From the IMG/VR virus record IMGVR_UViG_2788500396_000001, positions 859-64,858 of that record: a stretch of DNA of 64,000 nt. The stretch is one strand, 5' to 3'. The stretch comes from a virus (taxonomy: Duplodnaviria > Heunggongvirae > Uroviricota > Caudoviricetes). A program made the translations under genes and the position numbers. The notes below the pieces were generated by a model. It worked only from the letters and a program-made list of their open reading frames with translations, was not told the DNA's origin and ran no database searches. Shown piece by piece: positions 1-8,262 of the stretch (positions are counted from its first letter, which is position 1; each line of letters starts with the position of its first letter).

Positions 1-60
1 GAAATTGACTTGCATGTTTTTGTGTGATATATATATGATATCTGAAAAAGAGGTGATTAT

Positions 61-232
61 GTTGAAATATGTGGCTGTTGTGATATTGTTCATTATAGTG
101 ATTTTTATGTTTGTGTCAAGCAACGATGAACAATCTGCATTTGAAGATCAAATGAGAAGATCTCCATCTACGTGGACCCAGAGAGAAATTGATCGTTATG
201 AAGGGTTCATGGATTGGATGGCTAAAAACTAA
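61..232 (+). CDS. small membrane/secreted protein (57 aa from internal ATG)
   Basis: RBS AAAGAGGTGA upstream of ATG at 61. Hydrophobic N-terminus LKYVAVVILFIIVIFMFV. Followed by an intrinsic terminator. Confidence 0.45.
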
Positions 233-237
233 AAAAT

Positions 238-266
238 AGGCCTGCAAAAGCAGGCCTATTTTTTAT
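238..266. terminator. bidirectional intrinsic terminator (AGGCCTGC-aaaa-GCAGGCCT + T-run, A-run upstream)
   Basis: Perfect 8-bp inverted repeat flanked by A6 and T6. Lies between the convergent genes 61..232 (+) and 263..469 (-). Confidence 0.7.
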
Positions 267-469
267 ATGTCTATATCTTTGTTGATGTTGGCTTCAATCC
301 ATTCTTTGAGCTGATCTTTTGGGAAATAGTATCTTCCGTTGATTCTTATTGTTGGGAATCCATTTAGCTTAACTAGCTTATATACCAGCTCACTTTTTAT
401 TCCAAATATTTTTTTTAAATCGCTAACCTTATATAGTAGTTTGGCATCATCCTGTTGATCCAAATCCAC
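263..469 (-). CDS. excisionase/AlpA-type HTH DNA-binding protein
   Basis: 68 aa. Contains LKKIFGIKSELVYKLVKLNGFPTIRINGRYYFPKDQLKEWI, which resembles the Xis/AlpA helix-turn-helix. Confidence 0.5.
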   Translation of the reverse strand: MDLDQQDDAKLLYKVSDLKKIFGIKSELVYKLVKLNGFPTIRINGRYYFPKDQLKEWIEANINKDIDI

Positions 470-938
470 CGTCTCTCACCCCATCTGCATCGTCGTCATC
501 AGTCAAAAAGTATTGTAAGATAATACCTTGCATGAACGCTTCACCTTTTTTGATGAAAACGTCCTGATTTCCGTTGTTATATAATTTGGCAAACATATGG
601 CCTTCGTTGCTAGATCCATAGTAATCACTATCGATGATTCCAACGGTGTTATTAAGCATAAGCCGGTACTTAAAACCAAGGCCACTTCTAGGGAAGCATG
701 CTAATAGCTTGTCTTGGTCGAGAGCAACTCTAATTCCAGTAGGAATTTTGATTTCTTCTCCTGGGGCAAGACAGATATCGCACGGAGCAAAGAAGTCGTA
801 TCCACCGGAGCCAGTAGTTGCCCGCTTGGGCAACTTAATGGCTTCGTATTCTTCTCGCAAATCCACGTCTCCGCCGACGGCAGCGGCATACTGTTCATAA
901 CTAACTTTGCTAAACTTCTTCAATGATTCATCCTCCAT
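447..938 (-). CDS. dut: dUTP diphosphatase (dUTPase)
   Basis: Motifs GSGGYDF, RSGLG, GIIDSDYYG and C-terminal GGFGSTG. ATG at 938 overlaps the nrdJ stop (TAATG). In-track N-terminal extension rejected. Confidence 0.85.
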   Translation of the reverse strand: MEDESLKKFSKVSYEQYAAAVGGDVDLREEYEAIKLPKRATTGSGGYDFFAPCDICLAPGEEIKIPTGIRVALDQDKLLACFPRSGLGFKYRLMLNNTVGIIDSDYYGSSNEGHMFAKLYNNGNQDVFIKKGEAFMQGIILQYFLTDDDDADGVRDGGFGSTG

Positions 939-3900
939 TATCCACAATGAGAATAGCCGCACTCTGGGCAGACATCACATCCGCCTTCAAACCGGAGTTG
1001 AGCTCCACATTCTGGACATTTCGAAGGACTATCATTGTGATTTGTTTTTGTGTTGTTTGCTTTTTTTGCGGCTGGATCACTGACAACCTCTGGTGCTTCT
1101 TCAGTGTCATCGCCGTAAAGATAAACTGCCTTTTTCTTCATTTCTTCAAGTGCTTTGCCAATTGCGGATGGGCAAGAAGTTCCAGGTGAAGTGTCACCTT
1201 TTGATTTTGTGCGAGCAAGATATGCATTACAAGGACGAATGCTATATGCTTGATCAATAATGGCTTCCAGCGGAACACCAGCACGCAAAGCAAGAGACAT
1301 GAGCCGAGAAATAAACTGGAGATTCCGCTCACACCCTCCGCCAGATCCAATATCGATGTACGTCTCTAAAAATTCAAGAGAGGTTTCATCAAAATCGACA
1401 TGCAGATAAAATTTACCGCACCCATTGATGATTGTCTTCTTGATTGACATCAAGTCATCATCAACACCAATGATCATACCTCTGTTAAGACAGTCGGTAC
1501 ATGTATCGTTCTTCTGTTCATTTTTCTTTGGTGCAGTGTCTCCGGTGGTGAGAATAGCCTCACGCTTACAACCAGAACGGAAGATAGTCAATCCCTTAGT
1601 ACCTTGTTTCCATGCTTCAATATAGATACGGGCCATATCGTCCTCAGATGCGGCTTCAGGAAGATTGACAGTAGAACTGATGGCAGTATCGATATGCTTC
1701 TGGATAACAGCCTGAGTTTTGACACGGCGAATGGGGTCAATGTCGGCGGAAGACACAAACCATTCTGGAAGGACTCCATCACACTCAGGATGAGAGGAAA
1801 GATATTCTCTGGCAGCCTTGCAGTAGACGGTGTAATAATGGTCTTCATTGTCGGTAAGGCCAACAGTTCGTCTTGTATATGAGATGGCAAATTCAGGTTC
1901 AATTCCGCCTGACTCTCCGAGCATGGTTGCAATAGATCCGGTCGGTGCGATTGAGAGCAGGCTACAGTTACGAAGGCCTATCGATCTGAGATCACTAATA
2001 GCACCATTCCCAAAGTGATTTAAGATGATATTGCTGTTAAAAATCTGATCACGATACCCTGGGAATGTTCCAAGCTTTTTTGCCTCTTGTGAAGAAGAGC
2101 GAACGGCAGTAACAAACATATATGAGAACAGATCATCAGAAAAACGAATTGCATCATCGGAGCCGTATTGCAGTCCAAGCTTCATGAGCATAGTTGCATA
2201 TCCCATAACTCCAAGCCCGCAATTTCTAAACTCTAACGCCATCTTTTTCTGTTGCGGAAGTGCATGTCTGTTTGCATTGAAGTCAACAATCTTATCGAGA
2301 TATTGGATTCCAAGCATAACAGCCGCTTCAAAGGCATCAAAATCAAAACCAGCATCGTTTGTGTAGGGGTTAACAACAAACTCAGACAGGTTGATTGCGG
2401 CCAAATTGCATGCACCGTGTTTCGGAAGAGGTTGTTCCCCACAAGGGTTACACGATTCAATCTGATAATTGTCACAGAATTCCATCAGATTGTAATTTCT
2501 GAATTTATCAACAAAAAGACATCCAGGGTCTCCCCACTCATAGTTGTTATGGATAAACGCCTTAAATACTTCAATAGGAGTGACTTCCCATTCAATTTCA
2601 TGTCCGCTATAGGACTCTTTTCTGGTGATGGTTTTTGTTTCTCCACGTTCATAGTATGCTTGTACGCACTCCATAAACTCATTGTCAATTTCCAAACTTA
2701 GGTTTGCTTTTTCAATTAAACCTTCTTCAGACTTAATAGTGATGAAATTCATAACTTCTTTGTGCCAAGCATCAAGGCTCATAAGGAGAGCGCCTTTACG
2801 AGAATTGGACACATAAATGCCATTGCAGAAAAATTTATGTTCATCGGCAACTTCGATATCGTATACATGACGAATCCCAATATATTCAATATTTGAAATT
2901 TCATCAAGAATCATTGGAGCATACGGCTTATCTTTTACTTGTAGGTATGTGTATAGACCAATATTTGTATTTTTGCTAATTTTAGCCAAATGTTTTGCAT
3001 CATTTTTAGACAAGCCCGTGTTCTTCATTGTGTATGGAGTTACATATTTGCTGTTTTTAGCATAAGGAACATGGGTTTTAGCTACTTTATAGCTATAATA
3101 CGTTAAAATGTCATCTCTAATGGAATCGGATACCCGATAAATTGGTCGCTTATTGTTTTCGTTTTCTCTATAGTTTACGCTTATAGTTGGGAATAATCCA
3201 ACTCTCTTCATTAACAGAGAGATTTGTTCGGCGTATGCTTCACAAATAGTATCGCAACAGATGGAATTTCTACGCACACTACCATCGCTGTCTATTGCGC
3301 CGCCGACAAAAGAAAGAACACAATCATCGTCTCCGTTTAGAACCCAATCTGGAACTCTAATATAACTACAAGTGTCCTTTTTTACTTGTTTTTTAATCCA
3401 CTTGCATACTGGCACTGTTAGAACAATCCTGATTGCATCTTCATCTTCTCTGTTGTTGTAATAGGCATTAAACCCCAAAGAGGATAGATATGAAATTAGT
3501 TTGTCGCCAACTTCTTTGTATTTTTTGTGCATGGTAATATTCCCAGTGTTGTCTTTCCTGATATAGCCATTTGCTAAAAAATGAGCAAAGAAATAGGCTT
3601 TTTCGTTAAGTTCTTTCTTTATATTGTTTGGTTGTGATGTGATTAAGCAAATTTTATCTCCAATATTCAAAGAAGACAACGGAGATACGTTAAATCCATC
3701 AACACAATATTTGTGGTCAATAGTGGTAGAAATAGTATATCCTTTTTTGGTTGTTACTTTATATGTTTCTTGTTCACCTTTATCCCATACAGTTAGCACG
3801 GGTTTATATCCTGCTTTTGTATAGACATTATCACCAACTTCGATATCTTTGATAGGCTTATATCCTTCAGATGTTAAAACAAGCTCATTTTCTTCAATAC

Positions 3901-4348
3901 ACCCACCTTGGGAAGTCCCTTGTGTAACCTCGTTATAAATCTTCATAAAAGGGACAATGCCATCTGATTCGTAATTATCACCAATGGGTGTTCCTTTAGG
4001 GCGCAACTTGCTTAAACTTAGACCTTGACCACCTTGAGACTTAAAGGTTTTCCCAATATCAACAGCAGCTTGCATAATATCATTATAGTCGTCTTCGATA
4101 AAACCACGGCTATAACAATTTGACATTCCGCATGAGTCATCATCAATGCCGACGTTGCTTAAAATGCGGCCTCCAGGAATAAGCATTTTAAGTTCAATGA
4201 GACGTCTATAAGCCGGATTCCCTAAACTGACTCTATCAAGCCACGCATCAAAGGTTTCTTCATTCTTCTGATACTTTTTGTGCCAAATGTCTTGCCCAAG
4301 CTTGTTATCTTTACCGAGCCATTCCTCAACAGTGTGTATATCGTTCAA
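938..4348 (-). CDS. nrdJ: class II (adenosylcobalamin-dependent) ribonucleotide reductase NrdJ, intein-containing
   Basis: 1136 aa. RNR motifs NCYSRGF and the QGG...RKGALM active-site finger, which is split by the intein. C-terminal CxxC-x-CxxC zinc ribbon. TTG start preceded by AGAAGGAGA. Confidence 0.88.
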   Translation of the reverse strand: MNDIHTVEEWLGKDNKLGQDIWHKKYQKNEETFDAWLDRVSLGNPAYRRLIELKMLIPGGRILSNVGIDDDSCGMSNCYSRGFIEDDYNDIMQAAVDIGKTFKSQGGQGLSLSKLRPKGTPIGDNYESDGIVPFMKIYNEVTQGTSQGGCIEENELVLTSEGYKPIKDIEVGDNVYTKAGYKPVLTVWDKGEQETYKVTTKKGYTISTTIDHKYCVDGFNVSPLSSLNIGDKICLITSQPNNIKKELNEKAYFFAHFLANGYIRKDNTGNITMHKKYKEVGDKLISYLSSLGFNAYYNNREDEDAIRIVLTVPVCKWIKKQVKKDTCSYIRVPDWVLNGDDDCVLSFVGGAIDSDGSVRRNSICCDTICEAYAEQISLLMKRVGLFPTISVNYRENENNKRPIYRVSDSIRDDILTYYSYKVAKTHVPYAKNSKYVTPYTMKNTGLSKNDAKHLAKISKNTNIGLYTYLQVKDKPYAPMILDEISNIEYIGIRHVYDIEVADEHKFFCNGIYVSNSRKGALLMSLDAWHKEVMNFITIKSEEGLIEKANLSLEIDNEFMECVQAYYERGETKTITRKESYSGHEIEWEVTPIEVFKAFIHNNYEWGDPGCLFVDKFRNYNLMEFCDNYQIESCNPCGEQPLPKHGACNLAAINLSEFVVNPYTNDAGFDFDAFEAAVMLGIQYLDKIVDFNANRHALPQQKKMALEFRNCGLGVMGYATMLMKLGLQYGSDDAIRFSDDLFSYMFVTAVRSSSQEAKKLGTFPGYRDQIFNSNIILNHFGNGAISDLRSIGLRNCSLLSIAPTGSIATMLGESGGIEPEFAISYTRRTVGLTDNEDHYYTVYCKAAREYLSSHPECDGVLPEWFVSSADIDPIRRVKTQAVIQKHIDTAISSTVNLPEAASEDDMARIYIEAWKQGTKGLTIFRSGCKREAILTTGDTAPKKNEQKNDTCTDCLNRGMIIGVDDDLMSIKKTIINGCGKFYLHVDFDETSLEFLETYIDIGSGGGCERNLQFISRLMSLALRAGVPLEAIIDQAYSIRPCNAYLARTKSKGDTSPGTSCPSAIGKALEEMKKKAVYLYGDDTEEAPEVVSDPAAKKANNTKTNHNDSPSKCPECGAQLRFEGGCDVCPECGYSHCG
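2804..3901 (-). mobile_element. intein with LAGLIDADG homing-endonuclease domain inserted in the NrdJ GG/RKGAL motif (366 aa, residues 150-515)
   Basis: Starts CIEENELVLT (block A, Cys1). LAGLIDADG-like LSFVGGAIDSDGSV. Ends NGIYVSN followed by extein Ser. Removing it restores the conserved QGG-SRKGALLM. Confidence 0.75.
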
Positions 4349-4373
4349 TACGCATTCTCCTTCTGTAGAAATA

Positions 4374-4898
4374 TCAAATTGCCATGTAATCTAAAATTTG
4401 ATCTCTACACCGCCAGATATTGTCGTTTCGAACGATAAAATCAGCCTTTTGTTTGGCCCTTCGAAAGCGGTATAAATCTCCAATAATACGCTTAATCACC
4501 GACCATTTTGAATCACCTCTTTTAATCATCCTTTTGAATCGTTCTATAATAGAAACTTTAATATAAACAATACGAACATCCTTATTCCCTTTATAGTTCT
4601 TTCGGAAATATTCAACTCCAGCCATATCAATTACATATAAATCATTTGATTCAACTTGGCTTGAAGTTGCCCAATAATAGTTACCATCGAAGAACGTAAA
4701 TCCAACAATTGTGTCATCCGGATTGTCTAATTTCCATTCTTCATAGTTATCAATAAACGTATGACTGTCTTCCCCGGCATATCTAGGTTTTCGAGTTGTG
4801 TATGATGCGATCTGACTTTTACCGTAAGGCTTCATCATATCGCATACAGATGTCTTTCCGGAGCCTGAAGGGCCGACGATTAACAAAAATCGGCTCAT
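4374..4898 (-). CDS. gmk: guanylate-kinase-like (d)NMP kinase
   Basis: P-loop LIVGPSGSGKTS. GK signature SYTTRKPRYAGEDSHTF (S.TTR.pR.GE.dG.dY.F). ATGA overlap with the folA stop. Confidence 0.75.
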   Translation of the reverse strand: MSRFLLIVGPSGSGKTSVCDMMKPYGKSQIASYTTRKPRYAGEDSHTFIDNYEEWKLDNPDDTIVGFTFFDGNYYWATSSQVESNDLYVIDMAGVEYFRKNYKGNKDVRIVYIKVSIIERFKRMIKRGDSKWSVIKRIIGDLYRFRRAKQKADFIVRNDNIWRCRDQILDYMAI

Positions 4899-5374
4899 TC
4901 TGTTCTCCTTTTGTATGTTATATATCGAAACGGAATCCCGTTTTCTTCTTGCAATGGAGACTCGTCAATCAATCTCCATTTTGAGTTTTGATCTAAGTTT
5001 GGAAACCATGTGTCCGCTTTATAAGATTTAGCCATTTTTGTGATAAAAGCAGTATCACAGTATGGTTCAAGCTGTTTATAGATCTCTCCTCCGCCAACCA
5101 CAAATGCGTCATTTGGGGCTTTCGAAAGAATTTGTTCAATGCTGTGACATACAGTTACTCCACTCACAAACTCATTACGCCTAGTGAGTAGATAGTTGTC
5201 TCTGTTTGGAAGTGGCCGTCCGTGAGGGAAAGTGAGCATTGTCTTTGATCCAAAAATAATTGCATGACCGGAGGTTAATTCCTTAAAGCGTTTTAAATCA
5301 GAGGGGAGATAGGCAAGCTGATCTCCAGCATTGCCTATACCCCAATGAGAATCAACTAATGCAATTAAGTTCAT
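4895..5374 (-). CDS. folA: dihydrofolate reductase
   Basis: MNLIALVDSHWGIGNAGDQLAYLPSDLKRFKELTSGHAIIFGSKT...RPLPNRDNYLLTR matches the DHFR N-terminal and central motifs. Start moved to the internal ATG at 5374, preceded by a GAGGTGA RBS. Confidence 0.85.
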   Translation of the reverse strand: MNLIALVDSHWGIGNAGDQLAYLPSDLKRFKELTSGHAIIFGSKTMLTFPHGRPLPNRDNYLLTRRNEFVSGVTVCHSIEQILSKAPNDAFVVGGGEIYKQLEPYCDTAFITKMAKSYKADTWFPNLDQNSKWRLIDESPLQEENGIPFRYITYKRRTE

Positions 5375-5381
5375 GCTCACC

Positions 5382-6212
5382 TCATACAGCCACAGGGATG
5401 GCCTGCTCCAGCGGATGGAACTGATAGCCCTCCAGCTTGAAGCTGTCCTTGGTAAAGGCATAGAAATCGGTAATCGTGGGGTCCATCCACAGCTTGGGGG
5501 CCTCGTAGGGGGTGCGGGCGATGATCTCCTCCACCACCGGTACGTGGCGATCGTAGATGTGGGCGTCGGCGATGACGTGGACCAGCTCGCCGGCCTCCAG
5601 ACCGGACACCTGGGCCATCATGTGGACCAGGGCGGCGTACTGCATCACGTTCCAGCCGTTGGCGGTGAGCATGTCCTGGCTCCGCTGGTTGAGGATGGCG
5701 TTGAGGGTGCGTCCGCTGACGTTGAAGGTCATAGAGTAAGCGCAGGGGTAGAGGGCCATCTCGTGGAGGTCGTGGTGGTTATAGAGATTGGTCATGATCC
5801 GGCGGGAGGCCGGGTTGTGCTTCAGGTCGTAGAGCACACGGTCAACTTGGTCGAATTCTCCTTCTGGATAGATGTGCTTTACTCCAAGTTGATATCCATA
5901 TGACTTCAAAATAGAACCATTCTCGTCGGCCCAGGCGTCCCAGATGTGGCTGTTCAGGTCGTGGATGTTGTTGGACTTCTTCTGCCAGATCCACAACAGC
6001 TCGTCCACCGCGCTCTTGAAGGCCATCTTGCGGATGGTCTGGACGGGAAACTCCTCCCGCAGGTCATAGCGGTTGACGATACAGAATTTCTTTACGGTGT
6101 GGGCGGGGGTGCCGTCCTCCCACCGGGGGCGCACGTCCTGATTGGTGTCCCACACCCCGTGGGTCAGAATATCTTTGCAGTTCTCAATAAACAATTCGTC
6201 CGCGTAGCTCAA
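5382..6212 (-). CDS. thyA: thymidylate synthase (ThyA type)
   Basis: Motifs RRIMTNLYN, MALYPCAYSMTFNV, ALVHMMAQV and a C-terminal ...PLEQAIPVAV align to ThyA. The body of the gene is about 60% GC, against about 40% in the flanks. Confidence 0.9.
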   Translation of the reverse strand: MSYADELFIENCKDILTHGVWDTNQDVRPRWEDGTPAHTVKKFCIVNRYDLREEFPVQTIRKMAFKSAVDELLWIWQKKSNNIHDLNSHIWDAWADENGSILKSYGYQLGVKHIYPEGEFDQVDRVLYDLKHNPASRRIMTNLYNHHDLHEMALYPCAYSMTFNVSGRTLNAILNQRSQDMLTANGWNVMQYAALVHMMAQVSGLEAGELVHVIADAHIYDRHVPVVEEIIARTPYEAPKLWMDPTITDFYAFTKDSFKLEGYQFHPLEQAIPVAV

Positions 6213-6473
6213 TTATTTTTCCTCCTGTATTGACAGTTCGTCTTTTTTATAGTACCTGCAGAACGATGGCGCTTTGTCAAACATACTTGGGGAAATATTG
6301 TGACATTCACACTTATATTTATAGTTAGGGCCATTTTTCTGTTTGAGGTATTTGCACGAATCACAAGGATAAAATTTGTTTCTCGTTAATACTTTATAGA
6401 ATGCATATGAAGCACACACCGCAGTAACAATTATTGCGACAACTGCGACAATCATTTTACCACCATCTTTCAT
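6213..6473 (-). CDS. small Cys-rich membrane protein
   Basis: TM segment MIVAVVAIIVTAVCASYAFY followed by CDSCKY...KCECH. Start uncertain: ATG at 6473 or 6455. Confidence 0.35.
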   Translation of the reverse strand: MKDGGKMIVAVVAIIVTAVCASYAFYKVLTRNKFYPCDSCKYLKQKNGPNYKYKCECHNISPSMFDKAPSFCRYYKKDELSIQEEK

Positions 6474-7611
6474 CTTCGTTTCTGATTTTGAAAGCATCTC
6501 CATGATAAATAATATCTGGATAATTGCTTGACGATACTTTCATCGCGTACTTATCGATTTCATAAGCATGATATTCCACATTCATAAAGCCCATCTTTTG
6601 TAAACAATATCTTCCAGTTCCTATTCCGTCATACATAGAAAGAACAAGAAGTTGTTCGTTTTTGTGGATGTTTTTTAACCCAGTGCTCAAAAGATGAATT
6701 ATAGCTTCTGCGGTCCATCCATTGCCAAGGCCTCGCAATCTTTGTGTTGTGCTTACTGATGCGGTATAGTTATCGGGCAGTGTTTGTAGGCGTTCTGCCT
6801 CGACCGGCAATAACTTTCTGATAATGTAGTCTCCATCTTGCAACCCAACAGAATGCCATTCTCCATCGACCAGTATTTTCCCGTTCCTAACCTGATAATA
6901 AGGGAATTGATCACGAGATGATCTTGGCGTTGCATATAGACCTGTTTTTGCACCGACTCCACCGCCCTCTCCGCATAGAGTTGTGGACTTTCCATCCGGG
7001 CTATAAACACGATATTGCTTGCTGTTGTGCTTTGCTTGATTTTTTGCATGGTTTTTGATTGTGCCTATTCTTATCGGTTCACACAACACGTTGTATGGCA
7101 CTCCTTTTGCCGTGTTGGCTGTGATGCAGCTACTTTTACCGGACAGTACATCATGGTAATGGCCAAAATCAAAATGATTTCTTCCACCTTTTGTTTGGCG
7201 TACCATATAAGACATTTCTTTATGAGTCAAGATCGGCAAATCTAGTTCGTAAAGAGGTCCAATATCAGGATCTGATGTAACCAAAATATCCTTGAGCAAA
7301 ATCCCCCTGTCTTCTGGCAGGGCATTCTCCCAGTTGCAAACATAAAATCGGTCTCTGCTTTGAGCAGAAACTAAACTGCTATTCATTCTAAAAAGTTTAC
7401 ATTGAAGCTCTTCTTGTATCTGTTGTTTGATGTCAGAAGATGCTGACCAATTATTTTCATATAAGAAGAAGTCTGGCTGGAATCTTTCTTTTGCGATTCG
7501 ATAATTCAGAAATAATTCCCATCCAGCTCCGGATGCGGACGTTTCCCTTCCTTTCGTTTTCGAGATAGACCAGTATGTGCATGGACTTCCTCCAAGCAGG
7601 ATTTTGACCAT
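6457..7611 (-). CDS. DNA (cytosine-5)-methyltransferase, circularly permuted motif order
   Basis: Motif order in the single 384-aa ORF is:
- IV: LLGGSPCTYWS
- VI: FLYENN
- VIII: QSRDRFY
- IX: RKLLPVEAERLQTLPDNYT
- X: GNGWTAEAI
- I: LSMYDGIGTG
- II: YEIDKYA
- III: HGDAF

The RBS AAGGAG lies 7 nt upstream of the ATG. Confidence 0.7.
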   Translation of the reverse strand: MVKILLGGSPCTYWSISKTKGRETSASGAGWELFLNYRIAKERFQPDFFLYENNWSASSDIKQQIQEELQCKLFRMNSSLVSAQSRDRFYVCNWENALPEDRGILLKDILVTSDPDIGPLYELDLPILTHKEMSYMVRQTKGGRNHFDFGHYHDVLSGKSSCITANTAKGVPYNVLCEPIRIGTIKNHAKNQAKHNSKQYRVYSPDGKSTTLCGEGGGVGAKTGLYATPRSSRDQFPYYQVRNGKILVDGEWHSVGLQDGDYIIRKLLPVEAERLQTLPDNYTASVSTTQRLRGLGNGWTAEAIIHLLSTGLKNIHKNEQLLVLSMYDGIGTGRYCLQKMGFMNVEYHAYEIDKYAMKVSSSNYPDIIYHGDAFKIRNEDERWW

Positions 7612-7622
7612 TCAGTTACTCC

Positions 7623-8141
7623 TTAGTAACAAAAATAATGGTCTCCAATCTGTTCATAGACTTCTCGAAATGGATAAGTAGCAAAGAAATAGACGTCGCT
7701 AGGCAACGCTGGTTCATTTTCTTGAAATACAGATTCGATTACTTGGTACTGCATATCCGTCGGAGGATATTTGTGCAGCACAGAAGCAGTTGAGAACTGC
7801 CCTTTCTGGTATACTACTTCTTTTATAGTGTTTGGGAACTTTGGAGACATAACGCGGTTTAAAACCACCTCAGCAACCGCCTTTTGACCAACAAAAGACT
7901 GGTTCCCAGCTTCAGCGCGAATAACGCAACCTAAAATATAGATATCTTCATCCGATGCCGTTTGAGCAATGTCGTTATAATAAGGGATGATCCCGGTTTC
8001 CACTTCTACAACATGCTCTTCGATAATAACAGTTGGCTCAGGTGTGATCGTGGTTGGTGTCGGCTGGTTAACCCAGCCGATCACCATGCCACACAAAAGA
8101 GCGCAAGCGGTTAGACATCCTGTTTTTGCAATAAACGGCAT
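7623..8141 (-). CDS. SleB/CwlJ-family cell-wall hydrolase with N-terminal signal/TM
   Basis: CVIRAEAGNQSFVGQKAVAEVVLNRV matches the Hydrolase_2 (SleB) core. Hydrophobic N-terminus. Confidence 0.65.
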   Translation of the reverse strand: MPFIAKTGCLTACALLCGMVIGWVNQPTPTTITPEPTVIIEEHVVEVETGIIPYYNDIAQTASDEDIYILGCVIRAEAGNQSFVGQKAVAEVVLNRVMSPKFPNTIKEVVYQKGQFSTASVLHKYPPTDMQYQVIESVFQENEPALPSDVYFFATYPFREVYEQIGDHYFCY

Positions 8142-8262
8142 AGATACCTCCTTTCTTATATGGGTTTGCGTGTCACAATTTATATCGATACGGAAATTAA
8201 AAATGGCATATCGCCACTATTATTGTACCGCACATTTTGTGTTTATTAAACGTAAAGCCGTT

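Noticed and set aside
938-4348. Possibility that nrdJ is two genes or a pseudogene because of the 1.1-kb insertion
   Set aside because: The reading frame is continuous. The insertion has intein termini (Cys1 and a C-terminal Asn followed by Ser) and a LAGLIDADG domain. Removing it restores a conserved RNR motif.
5373-6233. Plus-strand ORFs 5373..5903, 5557..5739 and 5946..6233 antisense to thyA
   Set aside because: They lie in the GC-rich thyA body, where stop codons are rare on all frames. The translations are low-complexity (Gly/Val/Leu runs). thyA on the minus strand explains the region.
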